Assembly: GCA_040902725.1 (NCBI GenBank)
Contig: JBBDWU010000045.1
Coordinates: 3,341 to 67,340 of the forward strand
Reading direction: 5' to 3'
DNA: 64,000 nt
Source: Gaiellaceae bacterium
Lineage (GTDB): Bacteria > Actinomycetota > Thermoleophilia > Gaiellales > Gaiellaceae
Shown here: positions 33,622 to 45,932 of the stretch, one piece after another
How positions within the stretch are numbered: position 1 is the first letter of the stretch
How the letters are laid out: every line of letters starts with the position of its first letter
Position numbers and translations under genes: made by a program
The notes under the pieces: generated by a model
Told to the model about the DNA's origin: nothing
What the model saw: only the letters and a program-made list of their open reading frames with translations
Databases searched by the model: none

Positions 33622-34581
33622 TCACCGAGCGGCGCGATACGTCCCCTCGCCTTCGACCACGAGTCCCGCGAGCTCCAGCTCCGCCAGCGTCGCCGCGAGG
33701 GCGCCGGCGGCCAGCCCGGTGACGCGGGCAAGCTCGTCCGCCGTGGCCGGGAGCTGCTCGAGGATCGGGCTCGACTCGGTTGCGCGCGCCGGCTCCTCGA
33801 GCCCGAAGACCTCGAGCACGTCGGCGGCCGACGTGAGCGGGGTCGCGCCGATCCGGAGCAGCGCGTTCGTGCCCTTGGAGAGCGACGAGGTGATCTCGCC
33901 CGGCACGGTGAACACCTCGCGTCCCTCTTCGAGCGCGAAGTCCGCCGTGATGAGCGCGCCGCTCCGCTCGCGCGCCTCGACCACCACGGTGGCCGCCGCG
34001 AGGCCCGCGATGATCCGGTTGCGGGCGGGGAAGCGCCACGGCGCCGGCTCGACCGCGGGCGCGTACTCGGAGACGATCAGCCCCCGCTCCGCGATCCCGC
34101 GCGCCAGCTCGCGGTGGGAGGCGGGGTAGTCGCGGTCGATCCCGCAGCCGAGCACGGCCAGAGTCAGGCCGCCGGCCTCGAGCGCGCCGCGGTGCGCGGC
34201 GCCGTCGATGCCGCGCGCGAGGCCGCTGATGACGACGAGACCGGCGGCGGCGAGCTCGCGGGCGACCGTGCGCGCCACGCTGCTCCCGTAGGACGAGCAG
34301 GCGCGGGCGCCGACGATCGCCACGGCCGGACGCGCGAGCAGCTCCGGGGCGGCCGCTCCGCGGACGAAGAGCCCGACCGGCGGGTCGTGGATCGCCCGCA
34401 GCAGCGACGGGAAGTCCTCCTCGGAGCGGCCGACGAAGCGAAGGCCCCGTTCGTGGAGCGCGCGCCCGTAGGCGGCCGCGTCGAAGCGGCGCGCGAACGC
34501 CCCGAAGCGGGAGTCGCGGGGCCGGCCGACGTGGTGGCCTCCAGTCTCTGCGGCGAAGGCGGCGACGGCGAGCTCGCTCAC
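33622..34581 (-). CDS. dprA: DNA-processing protein DprA
   Basis: AIVGARACSSYG..ISGLARGIDGAAHRGAL..AVLGCGID..YP..RFPARNRIIAGL..VVEA..SGALITA. Confidence 0.9.
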   Translation of the reverse strand: MSELAVAAFAAETGGHHVGRPRDSRFGAFARRFDAAAYGRALHERGLRFVGRSEEDFPSLLRAIHDPPVGLFVRGAAAPELLARPAVAIVGARACSSYGSSVARTVARELAAAGLVVISGLARGIDGAAHRGALEAGGLTLAVLGCGIDRDYPASHRELARGIAERGLIVSEYAPAVEPAPWRFPARNRIIAGLAAATVVVEARERSGALITADFALEEGREVFTVPGEITSSLSKGTNALLRIGATPLTSAADVLEVFGLEEPARATESSPILEQLPATADELARVTGLAAGALAATLAELELAGLVVEGEGTYRAAR

Positions 34582-36038
34582 GAGGACGAGAGCTCCGCGG
34601 GAGCGCGGTAGGCCAGGGCCTCCGCGACGTGCTCGGGCAGGATCTCGTCCGCGCCGGCGAGTGCCGCCGCGGTATGGGCGACGCGCGCCACGCGGGCGCG
34701 GCCTCTACCGGACAGCGGCAGCCGGTCGACGGCGCGACTGAGCAGCTCGTCAGCCGCGCTCGTGCGCCGCAGCGGCCGGTCGCGCAATGTGTCGCGGGCC
34801 TGCTCGACGCGGCTCCTCACGGCCTCCGAAGGCTCGCCGGCGGCTGCGGCAAACTCGCTGGCCCGCGCGCGGGGGACGGTGACGACGAGATCGAAGCGGT
34901 CGAGCAGCGCCCGCGAGAGCTTCTCCCGGAAGGCCGAGAGCCGCTGCGCCGAACAGACGCAGTCGCCGGCAGGATCTCCGCGCGCTCCGCACGGGCACAG
35001 GTTCATCGTCCCAACCAGCTGGAACCGGGCGGGGAAGATCGCCCGCGCTTCCGCGCGCGCGATCGAGACGACGCCGTCCTCGAGCGGTTGCCGAAGCGCC
35101 TCGAGCGCAGGCCGCTGGAACTCCGGCAACTCGTCCAGCAGCAGCACGCCCCGGTGCGCGAGCGTGGCTTCGCCCGGCCGCGGCCCCGGGCCTCCGCCCA
35201 CGATCGCCGCGACCGACGCGCTGTGATGCGGCGCCCGGAAGGGCCGCTGGGTCACCAGCGGGTGCTCGGGCGTGAGCAGTCCGGCCACCGAGTGGATGCG
35301 CGTGACCTCGAGGATCTCCGTCTCCGCGAGCGGAGGCAGGATCCCCGGCAGTCGCCGCGCGAGCATCGTCTTGCCCGTTCCGGGCGGACCGCCGAGCAGC
35401 AGGTTGTGGGAGCCGGCCGCCGCGAGCTCGAGCGCCCGCCGGGCGCGCTCCTGCCCGCGGACGTCGGCGAGATCGGCTGCGGGCGGAGGAGCGCGATCGT
35501 TGCTGTACGCCTCGTACGACGCCGCCTGGCGCTCGCCGCGCAGATACTCGATCGCCTCCACCAGATGCCTGACCGGAACCGGCTCGATGCCTGCAAAGGC
35601 CGCCTCGGAAGCCGACTCCGCCGCGCAGATCAGGCTCGCGAGCCCGGAGCTGCGCGCGCCCTCGGCGATCGCCAGCGTCCCCCCGACAGGGCGGATGCGC
35701 CCGTCCAGCGCGAGCTCGCCGACCGCCGCGTGGCCCGCGAGCCGATCGGCCGGCACCTGGCCCGAGGCGGCCAGGATCGCGAGCGCGATCGGCAGGTCGA
35801 AGCCGGACCCCTCCTTGCGCAGCCCCGCGGGGGCGAGGTTGACGGTGATCCGGCTGCGCGGCCACTGGCGCTCAGCGGACGCGATGCCGCTGCGGACGCG
35901 CTCCTTCGCCTCCTGGCAGGCGCGGTCGGCGAGGCCGACGATCGTGAAGCCGGGGATCCCGCGCTGCAGGTGCGCCTCCACTTCGACGCGCCGCGGGTCG
36001 AGCCCGACGAGGGCGTGCGTGACGGCGCGTGCGAGCAC
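34578..36038 (-). CDS. comM: YifB/ComM family Mg-chelatase-like AAA+ ATPase
   Basis: A Lon-protease-like N-terminal domain (GIPGFTIVGL) is followed by GGPPGTGKTMLA, GVLLLDELPEF and the C-terminal Mg-chelatase domain. Confidence 0.9.
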   Translation of the reverse strand: MLARAVTHALVGLDPRRVEVEAHLQRGIPGFTIVGLADRACQEAKERVRSGIASAERQWPRSRITVNLAPAGLRKEGSGFDLPIALAILAASGQVPADRLAGHAAVGELALDGRIRPVGGTLAIAEGARSSGLASLICAAESASEAAFAGIEPVPVRHLVEAIEYLRGERQAASYEAYSNDRAPPPAADLADVRGQERARRALELAAAGSHNLLLGGPPGTGKTMLARRLPGILPPLAETEILEVTRIHSVAGLLTPEHPLVTQRPFRAPHHSASVAAIVGGGPGPRPGEATLAHRGVLLLDELPEFQRPALEALRQPLEDGVVSIARAEARAIFPARFQLVGTMNLCPCGARGDPAGDCVCSAQRLSAFREKLSRALLDRFDLVVTVPRARASEFAAAAGEPSEAVRSRVEQARDTLRDRPLRRTSAADELLSRAVDRLPLSGRGRARVARVAHTAAALAGADEILPEHVAEALAYRAPAELSSS

Positions 36039-36093
36039 CCCTTCGAGGGTAGGCGGGAAATCGCACGCCCGAGTGCCGACTCTGTGCCGAAAC

Positions 36094-36693
36094 TCAGGCC
36101 AGTAGCGAGCGCAGCGTGCGCGCCGCGGCGCCTGGGTCGTCCGCGTCCCGGATCGCCCGCACGACCGCCAGGCGCTGCGCGCCCGCGGCGACGACCTCGG
36201 CCGCGTTCTCCAGGTCGATGCCGCCGATCGCGAACCACGGCAGGCCGTCGAGCTCCGCCGCCGCCCGCACGAGCTCGAGCCCCACCGCCGCCCGGCCGGG
36301 CTTCGTCGGCGTCTCGAACACCGGCCCGACGGCGACGTAGTCGACCGGCTCGCGCTGCGCGGCCTCGAGCTGCTCCAGCGAGTGCGTCGAGAGGCCCACG
36401 AGCCGATCCCCGACGAGCGCCCGCGCCTCCGCCGCCGACGGGTCTTCCTGGCCGACGTGGACGCCGTCCGCCCCGCACTCGTGGACGAGGTCAGGCCGGT
36501 CGTTGAGCACGAACCGCGCCCCGTGGCGGTCGCAGGCCTGCCGGAACAGCGCCGCGGCGCGCACGATCTCCTCGTCCACGGCGTCTTTCATCCGCAGCTG
36601 CACGACGTCCACCCCGCCTGCCAGCGCGGCCTCCAGCCGGGCCTCCGGGATCGGATCGGTGACGAAGTAGAGCCGCGCGGGGGCGAGATCCAC
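36094..36693 (-). CDS. thiE: Thiamine-phosphate synthase
   Basis: LYFVTDP..VQLRMKDA..ND..GVHVGQED..GLSTH..DYVAVGPVF.T.TKPG..FAIGGI. Confidence 0.9.
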   Translation of the reverse strand: MDLAPARLYFVTDPIPEARLEAALAGGVDVVQLRMKDAVDEEIVRAAALFRQACDRHGARFVLNDRPDLVHECGADGVHVGQEDPSAAEARALVGDRLVGLSTHSLEQLEAAQREPVDYVAVGPVFETPTKPGRAAVGLELVRAAAELDGLPWFAIGGIDLENAAEVVAAGAQRLAVVRAIRDADDPGAAARTLRSLLA

Positions 36694-36723
36694 CGGCTCA
36701 GGCTAGCTACCATGTCGGCACAA

Positions 36724-36815
36724 GCACGGGAGCCCGAGGCGCCGGGCTGAGAGGGTGGCACGAGCCGCCGCCGACCGTCAGAACCTGATCCGGGTCATGC
36801 CGGCGCAGGGAGGTG
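36724..36815 (+). promoter_or_regulatory. TPP (THI-box) riboswitch upstream of thiO-thiS-thiG
   Basis: It contains the conserved cores GGGCTGAGAGGG and GAACCTGATCCGGGTCATGCCGGCGCAGGGA, immediately before the thiO ATG at 36818. The boundaries are approximate. Confidence 0.9.
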
Positions 36816-36817
36816 GG

Positions 36818-39854
<3,037 letters not shown>

Positions 39855-39871
39855 CGCCCCGCTTTCGGTCC

Positions 39872-40423
39872 CTAGGCGGGAACTCCTATCGCGGCGAGCT
39901 GGACGCGGTTGCCGCTCGCGGACAGCCACTCGCGCACTTCGGGCTCGTAGCCCCACTCGCGCAGCGGCGCGACGACCTCGTCGCCGCCGTAGCCGCAGAC
40001 GATCAGGCGCCCGCCGGGCTCCAGGAAACGCGCCAGCAGCCGCTCCACGTATTCGCGCCTGCGAGCCTCGGGGACGTAGACCAGCTCCGTGCGCACGAAG
40101 TCGAAGCGGCGCGGCGGCTCCCACTCGAGCGCGTCGCCGACCCAGATCCGGTCCGCCCACTGCGGCAGGCGCTCGCGCGCCCGCGCCACGAGCCGCGGCG
40201 CGAAGTCGAGCCCGTACGGCTCCACGCCGGCCCACTCGGCCATCGACTCCATGAGCAAGCCGTTCGCGCAGCCGACGTCCAGGAATGTTCCCGGCCCGTC
40301 GATCGCCTCGGCGATCGGCCTGCGCCCCGCTTCCCACTCCGCCGCGCCGCCGCTCTTCCCCGACTCGCCGTAGACCGTCCCCGACGCCAGGTAGTGCTGC
40401 TCGTAGAACTCGGGCGTCAGCAT
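39872..40423 (-). CDS. Class I SAM-dependent methyltransferase (small, unknown substrate)
   Basis: FLDVGCANGLLMESMA (motif I) and the LEPGGRLIV region. Its ATG shares 1 nt with the yraN stop (TGATG). Confidence 0.75.
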   Translation of the reverse strand: MLTPEFYEQHYLASGTVYGESGKSGGAAEWEAGRRPIAEAIDGPGTFLDVGCANGLLMESMAEWAGVEPYGLDFAPRLVARARERLPQWADRIWVGDALEWEPPRRFDFVRTELVYVPEARRREYVERLLARFLEPGGRLIVCGYGGDEVVAPLREWGYEPEVREWLSASGNRVQLAAIGVPA

Positions 40424-40749
40424 CAGAAGGCGTCCGCGGTGCGCCTGAGCCCCTCGGGCCCGACCGTCACGACGTCGAACGAGATCTCCAGCTCGTCGAG
40501 CTCGGGCCGCGCCGCGAGCCAGGCCTCCGCCGCACGGCGCACCCGGCGCTGCTTTTCCGGGTGGACGTAGTCCACCGGCGCGCCGAAGTCCTCCCGGCCG
40601 CGCTCCTTCACCTCGCAGAACACGAGCCGGCGGCCGCGCCGCGCGACCAGGTCGACCTCGTTGCCGCCCGCCCAGGCGTTCGCGGCCAGGATCCGGTAGC
40701 CGCGCAGCCGGTAGTGCCTACGCGCTCGCCGCTCGCCCGAGTTCCGCAT
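40423..40749 (-). CDS. yraN: YraN-family (UPF0102) endonuclease-fold protein
   Basis: GERRARRHYRLRGYRILAANAW..EVDLVARRGRRLVFCEVKER is a PD-(D/E)xK-like core. Confidence 0.85.
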   Translation of the reverse strand: MRNSGERRARRHYRLRGYRILAANAWAGGNEVDLVARRGRRLVFCEVKERGREDFGAPVDYVHPEKQRRVRRAAEAWLAARPELDELEISFDVVTVGPEGLRRTADAF

Positions 40750-41371
40750 AGCAGCGGGCCCGCCAGGAACGCCGGTGGATCGGTGTCGGGCCGCGCGCGA
40801 TCACGATGCGCGTGTGCTCCGGCGTGATGTAGCCGACGTGGGAGGTGAAGCCGTAGTGGGGATAGAGGGTGCCCAGCCGCCGCATCAGCCGGTCGCGGGT
40901 CACCTTCGCCACGATCGATGCGGCCGCGATCGCAGCGCTCTTCTCGTCGCCGTCGACGACGGCGCGGTGCGGCGGCGCGAGCGGCCCCAGCCGGAAGCCG
41001 TCGACCAGGCAGGCCTCGGCGGGCGGCGTGAGCTCCGCCAGAACCTCGCGCAGGCCGCGCAGGTTCGAGCGGTGGAGGCCGTTGCGGTCGATCACGGAGG
41101 GCGGGATGACGCGCAGGACGACGCGCTCGGCCGCGGCCAGCACGGCGTGGAAGAGCTCCTCCCGGCGCGCGGGTGAGCACTGCTTCGAGTCGTTGAGGTA
41201 GGCGAGCGGCCGGACGCGGTGGTCGCGCAGGCGCTCGTAGTCGAGCAGGACTCCGGCCACCACCAGCGGGCCGGCGAGCGAGCCGCGGCCGGCCTCGTCG
41301 GCGCCGGCGACCAGCCGCGCGCCGAGCTTGCGGTCGAACTGGAGGAGCTTCAGGCCCGTGCGCGCCGCCAC
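40718..41371 (-). CDS. rnhB: Ribonuclease HII
   Basis: VAGADEAGRGSLAGPLVVAGV..DSKQCS..VDG...SAAIAAASIVAKVTRD..YPHYGF..H.GY.T..H. Confidence 0.9.
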   Translation of the reverse strand: MAARTGLKLLQFDRKLGARLVAGADEAGRGSLAGPLVVAGVLLDYERLRDHRVRPLAYLNDSKQCSPARREELFHAVLAAAERVVLRVIPPSVIDRNGLHRSNLRGLREVLAELTPPAEACLVDGFRLGPLAPPHRAVVDGDEKSAAIAAASIVAKVTRDRLMRRLGTLYPHYGFTSHVGYITPEHTRIVIARGPTPIHRRSWRARCYAELGRAASA

Positions 41372-41565
41372 GCGCCGAGGATAGCTCCGAAGCTGTGACG
41401 ACTACGCGCTGAGTCAGTCGAGGGTCTCGCGCTTATGGCGCGCGAAAAGCAAGCCAGGCTAGGACGCAGGGAGCGTGCGTATGAGACATACGGACGCGAC
41501 CGAGGACAACGCCTGGCGCCGCTTTGCAGCCGCCAGAAGCGCACTGACTCTCGGCTGACGCGGCG

Positions 41566-42045
41566 CTAGGTCGTCTCTGCCTCGACAGGCTCGGGCTCGG
41601 ACGCCTCGACGACGTCCTCCTCGACTGCCTCTGCCTCGACAGCCTCCGCAGCGGGCAGATCCTCGGCCGCTTCCTCGGTCGTCGCGGCCGCGCGGCGCCC
41701 GTACGCGACCTCGCGCACGCGGGCCTTCTTGCCGACTTTGCCGCGCAGGTAGTAGAGCTTCGCGCGGTTCACGTCGCCCACCGCGGTCACCTCGATCTTC
41801 TCGATCTTGGGCGAATGCAGCGGGAACGTGCGCTCGACGCCGACGCCGAAGGACTGCTTCCGGACGGTGAACGTTTCGCGCGACCCTGCCCCTTGGCGCT
41901 TGATCACGATGCCCTCGAACACCTGGGTGCGGCGCCGCTGGCCCTCGATCACCTGGAAGTGGACGCGCACGGTGTCGCCCGCTTTGAAGCGGGGCAGGCC
42001 GCTGCGCAGCTGAGCGCGCTCGAGTGACTCGATGACCTTGCTCAT
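41566..42045 (-). CDS. rplS: 50S ribosomal protein L19 with an acidic C-terminal extension
   Basis: The core is [61 protein letters not shown]. An Ala/Glu-rich tail of about 45 aa follows ([41 protein letters not shown]). Confidence 0.93.
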   Translation of the reverse strand: MSKVIESLERAQLRSGLPRFKAGDTVRVHFQVIEGQRRRTQVFEGIVIKRQGAGSRETFTVRKQSFGVGVERTFPLHSPKIEKIEVTAVGDVNRAKLYYLRGKVGKKARVREVAYGRRAAATTEEAAEDLPAAEAVEAEAVEEDVVEASEPEPVEAETT

Positions 42046-42079
42046 AAGGAACCAGCCGGGAGGAGGATGGTAGCAGCGG

Positions 42080-42682
42080 CTATCTAACGGAAACGCGGTT
42101 CGGCGGCCAGTAGACGGCGAAGACCTTGCCGATGATGTTCGCCCGCGGGACCGTTCCCCACTGGCGCGAGTCGCAGGAATGCGTGCGGTTGTCGCCGAGG
42201 AAGACGTAGTGGCCCGCCGGCACCGTCCGCAACGGCTGAGTGTCCGTCCCCATCCGCCCCCCGGCGATGTACGGCTCCAGCAGCCGCTGCCCGTTGATGA
42301 ACACGATCCCGCTCTCCATCCGCCATGTCTCGCCGGGCAGCGCGACCAGGCGCTTCACGAACGTGCCGCCGGCCCCGCACTCCCGCTGCGCCTCCGGGGG
42401 GGTGTCGAAGACGATCACTTCGCCGCGCTTCGGCTCCTTGAAGCGGTAGACGAGCCGGTTGGCGAGCACCCGGTCGGAGTAGCCGGCCTCGCAGCCGTCG
42501 CCCGGCTGCGCGCAGTGGAGCGTGGGCTCCATCGACGAGGACGGGATGCGGTACGGGTTCACGACCCAGGCCTTGATCGCCAGGACGATCAGGATCGCGC
42601 CGGCGATCGTGACAGCCCAGTCGATCGCGACCCGCCACGGGTGCGGCAGGTCGTGCGTCAGTCGGTCGATCGGGTTCCTCAC
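42080..42682 (-). CDS. lepB: Signal peptidase I
   Basis: GTG 42682 forms a GTGA overlap with the trmD stop. Motifs include one TM helix, [10 protein letters not shown] (catalytic Ser), [17 protein letters not shown] and [11 protein letters not shown]. Confidence 0.9.
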   Translation of the reverse strand: MRNPIDRLTHDLPHPWRVAIDWAVTIAGAILIVLAIKAWVVNPYRIPSSSMEPTLHCAQPGDGCEAGYSDRVLANRLVYRFKEPKRGEVIVFDTPPEAQRECGAGGTFVKRLVALPGETWRMESGIVFINGQRLLEPYIAGGRMGTDTQPLRTVPAGHYVFLGDNRTHSCDSRQWGTVPRANIIGKVFAVYWPPNRVSVR

Positions 42683-43341
42683 CGCGGCGTCCGCGCCTTG
42701 CTCTCGCCGCGCCGCCACTCGGCGATACGTGCGTGGTCGCCGGACAGGAGCACGTCCGGCACCGGCCAGCCGCGGAACTCCGCCGGGCGGGTGTAGTGCG
42801 GGTACTCGATTCCGCCCTCCAGCTCGGCCGAGAAGCTCTCCTCCACGCCCGACTCGTCGCTGCCGAGCGCGCCCGGCAGCCGCCGCGCGATCGCGTCGAT
42901 GAGCACCATGGCCGGCAGCTCGCCGCCCGAGAGGACGTAGGGGCCGATTGAGACCCGGTCGGTCGCCAGGTGCTCGAGGATTCGCTCGTCGAACCCCTCG
43001 AAGCGGGACGAGAGCAACGTCAGCGCCGGCTCGGCGGCGAGCTCCTCGACGAGCTCCTGGTCGAGCTGGCGCCCGGCCGGCGTGAATGCGATCACCCGGT
43101 GGCCGGGCGGGCCGCCGTAGACCGCGTCGAGCGCGGCAGCGACGACGTCGACGCGCAGCACCATCCCGGCGCCGCCCCCGTAGGGGTCGTCGTCGACCTG
43201 GCCGGACTTGAGGGGCGTGTGCTGCCGGTAGTTGACGAGCTGCAGCACGAGCTCGTCGCCGAGCACCGCGGCCACGGGCCGCTGCTCCGTCAGCCAGGCG
43301 AAGGCATGCGGGACGAGCGTGAAGACGTCGATGTTGATCAT
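42679..43341 (-). CDS. trmD: tRNA (guanine37-N1)-methyltransferase
   Basis: MINIDVFTLVPHAF..DDDPYGGGAGMVL..GRFEGFDER..SIGPYVLSGGELPAMVLIDA. Confidence 0.93.
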   Translation of the reverse strand: MINIDVFTLVPHAFAWLTEQRPVAAVLGDELVLQLVNYRQHTPLKSGQVDDDPYGGGAGMVLRVDVVAAALDAVYGGPPGHRVIAFTPAGRQLDQELVEELAAEPALTLLSSRFEGFDERILEHLATDRVSIGPYVLSGGELPAMVLIDAIARRLPGALGSDESGVEESFSAELEGGIEYPHYTRPAEFRGWPVPDVLLSGDHARIAEWRRGESKARTPR

Positions 43342-43808
43342 GCGTCGAGAGGATCGGAGAAGCCGGGCGAGACGACGATTCTGCCAGCGGCGACGTCCAC
43401 GTCGCGCACGCAGGCGTCCACGAAGGGCAGCAGGAGCCCGTCCTCGAGCTCGATGACGTCGTTCGCGACGCCGGGCTCCACGGCCGCGACCCGCCCCAGC
43501 GCGCGCCCGCCCTCCTCCACCACCTCGAGCCCGACGAGCTGGAACGCATACCACGCGTCCTCCTCGGGCGGCGGCAGCTGGTCGCGCGAGACGGCGAGCT
43601 CCGAGCCGCGCTCGACGGGACGGTCGAGCCGGATCACCGGCCGGCCGCCCGCGCGCTTCGAGGCGACGACCCGCGCCGGCTCACCCGCAACGAGCAGCGC
43701 GGCGCCCTCGGCGAAGCGGGCGGGGTCCTCGCTCGCGTGCTCCACGAAGAAGCTGCCGTCGAGGCCGTGCGGCCGCCCGACGCGGCCGACGGGCACCGGT
43801 TCACTCAC
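43338..43808 (-). CDS. rimM: Ribosome maturation factor RimM
   Basis: VGRVGRPHGLDGSF is followed by a PRC-barrel C-terminus. It sits in the rpsP-KH-rimM-trmD context. Confidence 0.88.
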   Translation of the reverse strand: MSEPVPVGRVGRPHGLDGSFFVEHASEDPARFAEGAALLVAGEPARVVASKRAGGRPVIRLDRPVERGSELAVSRDQLPPPEEDAWYAFQLVGLEVVEEGGRALGRVAAVEPGVANDVIELEDGLLLPFVDACVRDVDVAAGRIVVSPGFSDPLDA

Positions 43809-44046
43809 CGTTATCGGCGATCTCGACCGTGATGCGCTCGTGCGAGCGGGACGCGCTCGCGCGGATGACCGTGCGCAGCGCGCGCGCGATCCTGCCCTGG
43901 CGGCCGATCACCTTGCCCACGTCGTCCGGGGCAACGTGCAGGCGGAGGACGACGACGCCGTCGTCGCGCTCCTCGCGGTCGACCCGGACCGCGTCCGGCT
44001 CGTCCACGAGCCCGCGGGCCAGGTACTCGAGCAGGTCGGCGCTCAC
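43801..44046 (-). CDS. KH-domain RNA-binding protein (UPF0109/YlqC-like)
   Basis: [36 protein letters not shown] contains the GxxG KH motif. Confidence 0.88.
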   Translation of the reverse strand: MSADLLEYLARGLVDEPDAVRVDREERDDGVVVLRLHVAPDDVGKVIGRQGRIARALRTVIRASASRSHERITVEIADNGE

Positions 44047-44285
44047 CCCAGGTTCTTTGCCTTCAGCAAGCGGGCGACCGCCTCGGAGGGCTTCGCGCCC
44101 TTGCCGAGCCAGTCCTTGACCTTCGCCTCGTCGAACTCGATCAGCGACGGGTCGGGCTGCGGGTTGTACCGCCCGACGATCTCGATGAACTTGCCGTCCC
44201 GCGGCGAGCGGGAGTCGGCCACCACGACGCGGTAGATCGGGTTCTTCTTCGACCCCACGCGGGCCAGCCTCATGCGTACTGCCAC
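44043..44285 (-). CDS. rpsP: 30S ribosomal protein S16
   Basis: [42 protein letters not shown]. Confidence 0.95.
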   Translation of the reverse strand: MAVRMRLARVGSKKNPIYRVVVADSRSPRDGKFIEIVGRYNPQPDPSLIEFDEAKVKDWLGKGAKPSEAVARLLKAKNLG

Positions 44286-44289
44286 AGAA

Positions 44290-45594
44290 TCACCTCCTCA
44301 CCGGCAATGCGGGAATGGTGCCCTTGCCGAGCTGTTTCATGACCTGCTCCATCTGCGTGCGCGCGCGCAGCAGCCGGTTGACCTGCTGGACGGACGTCCC
44401 GGAGCCGTGCGCGATCCGGCGGCGGCGGGCGCCGTCGATCAGCTCCGGCCGGCGGCGCTCCTGCGGCGTCATCGAGAGGACGATCGCCTCGACGCGCGCG
44501 AGCTCCCGCTCGTCCACGTCGACGTCGGCCAGCTGCGAGCCGATGCCCGGCACCAGCTTGAGGATCCCCTGGAGCGGCCCCATGCGGCGGATCATCTTCT
44601 GCGCGGCGAGAAAGTCGTCGAACGTGAACTTGCCGGCGCGGACCCGCTCCTCGAGCGCCTCCTGCTCGTCCTCGCCGATCGCCTCCTCGGCCTTCTCGAT
44701 CAGGGTCAGGACGTCGCCCATGCCGAGGATGCGCGAGGCCATGCGGTCGGGGTGGAAGTACTCGAGCTGGTCGAGCTTCTCGCCGGTCGAGGCCAGCTTG
44801 ATCGGCCGGCCGGTGGCGGCCTTGACCGAGAGGGCGGCGCCACCGCGGGCGTCGCCGTCCAGCTTGGTCAGGACGACGCCGTCGAAGTCGATCCGCGCCT
44901 GGAAGGCGAGGGCGACGTTGACGGCCTCCTGGCCGGTCATCGCGTCGAGGACGAGCAGCACGTTGTGCGGCTTCGCCTCGCGGCGCACGGCGGCCAGCTC
45001 CTCCATCAGGGCCTCGTCGACGTGGAGGCGGCCGGCGGTGTCGAGGATGAGGACGTCCTCCTCCGCCTGCGCGATGCCCGCGCGCACGGCCGCGATCGGG
45101 TCGGAGCGCTCCTCGGAGTAGACGGGGACGTCGATCTGGCGGCCGAGCTGTTCCAGCTGGTCGATCGCCGCCGGGCGCTGGAGGTCGGCGGCGACGAGCG
45201 CCGGCCGCTTCCCCTCCTTGCGCAGCAGCAGCGCGAGCTTCGCCGCCGCGGTCGTCTTCCCCGAGCCCTGGAGCCCGGCGAGCAGGACGACGGTGGGCGG
45301 GCGCCCGGCGAACGCGAGCTTCGAGCTGCCGGCGCCCATCAGGCTCGTCAGCTCCTCGTGGACGATCTTCACGACCTGCTGGCCGGGCGTGAGGCTCTTC
45401 GCGACCTCCGCGCCGAGCGCGCGCTCGCGCACGGCGGCGACGAAGTCGCGGACGACCTTCAGGTTGACGTCGGCCTCGAGCAGCGCCAGCCGGATCTCGC
45501 GCATCGCGCGCGCGAGCGACTCCTCGTCCAGGCGGCCGCGGCCGCGGACGTCGGCGAGGGCGTGCTGGAGCTTGTCTCCGAGGGCTTCGAACAC
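44290..45594 (-). CDS. ffh: Signal recognition particle protein Ffh
   Basis: An N-domain is followed by the G-domain motifs [14 protein letters not shown] and [10 protein letters not shown], then a Met-rich M-domain. Confidence 0.95.
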   Translation of the reverse strand: MFEALGDKLQHALADVRGRGRLDEESLARAMREIRLALLEADVNLKVVRDFVAAVRERALGAEVAKSLTPGQQVVKIVHEELTSLMGAGSSKLAFAGRPPTVVLLAGLQGSGKTTAAAKLALLLRKEGKRPALVAADLQRPAAIDQLEQLGRQIDVPVYSEERSDPIAAVRAGIAQAEEDVLILDTAGRLHVDEALMEELAAVRREAKPHNVLLVLDAMTGQEAVNVALAFQARIDFDGVVLTKLDGDARGGAALSVKAATGRPIKLASTGEKLDQLEYFHPDRMASRILGMGDVLTLIEKAEEAIGEDEQEALEERVRAGKFTFDDFLAAQKMIRRMGPLQGILKLVPGIGSQLADVDVDERELARVEAIVLSMTPQERRRPELIDGARRRRIAHGSGTSVQQVNRLLRARTQMEQVMKQLGKGTIPALPVRR

Positions 45595-45665
45595 GGTCGC
45601 GAAGCGTAGCCGCCAGCCGCGTGGAGATACTGAGCGCTGTCCAGTCGTCTCGCAAGGAGGTAGTC

Positions 45666-45887
45666 ATGTCAGCGGAGCACGAGACTCGCGTCGCCAAGGT
45701 GGTCACGATCATCGGCACGTCGCCGGAGAGCTTCGCCAAGGCGGCGGCCGCGGCCGTCGAGGAGGCAGCGAAGACGCTGCGCGGCATCACGGGCGCGGAT
45801 GTCCTCTCGATGAGCTGCGGCGTCAATGACGGCCGGATCGTCGAGTACCGCACGACCGTCAACATCGCTTTCGGGCTCGAGCGCTAG
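45666..45887 (+). CDS. Dodecin-family small protein (73 aa)
   Basis: The SD aaggagg lies 5 nt before ATG 45666. The product is MSAEHETRVAKVVTIIGTSPESFAKAAAAAVEEAAKTLRGITGADVLSMSCGVNDGRIVEYRTTVNIAFGLER. This matches the dodecin beta-alpha-beta-beta pattern (V.E..GTSP.S...A...A...A.KTLR......V......V.DG.I.EYR..V...F). Confidence 0.75.
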   Translation: MSAEHETRVAKVVTIIGTSPESFAKAAAAAVEEAAKTLRGITGADVLSMSCGVNDGRIVEYRTTVNIAFGLER

Positions 45888-45932
45888 CTGACCTAGTAGG
45901 CGAACCAGCACGGGCGTCCTACACTCGGCGGC

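Noticed and set aside
41435-41557. A 40-codon, very basic ORF (MAREKQARLGRRERAYETYG..) in the rplS-rnhB spacer, and the 64-aa minus-strand ORF 41350..41544.
   Set aside because: Neither has an SD or a recognisable motif, and their composition is typical of random GC-rich frames. They are kept only as part of the spacer observation.
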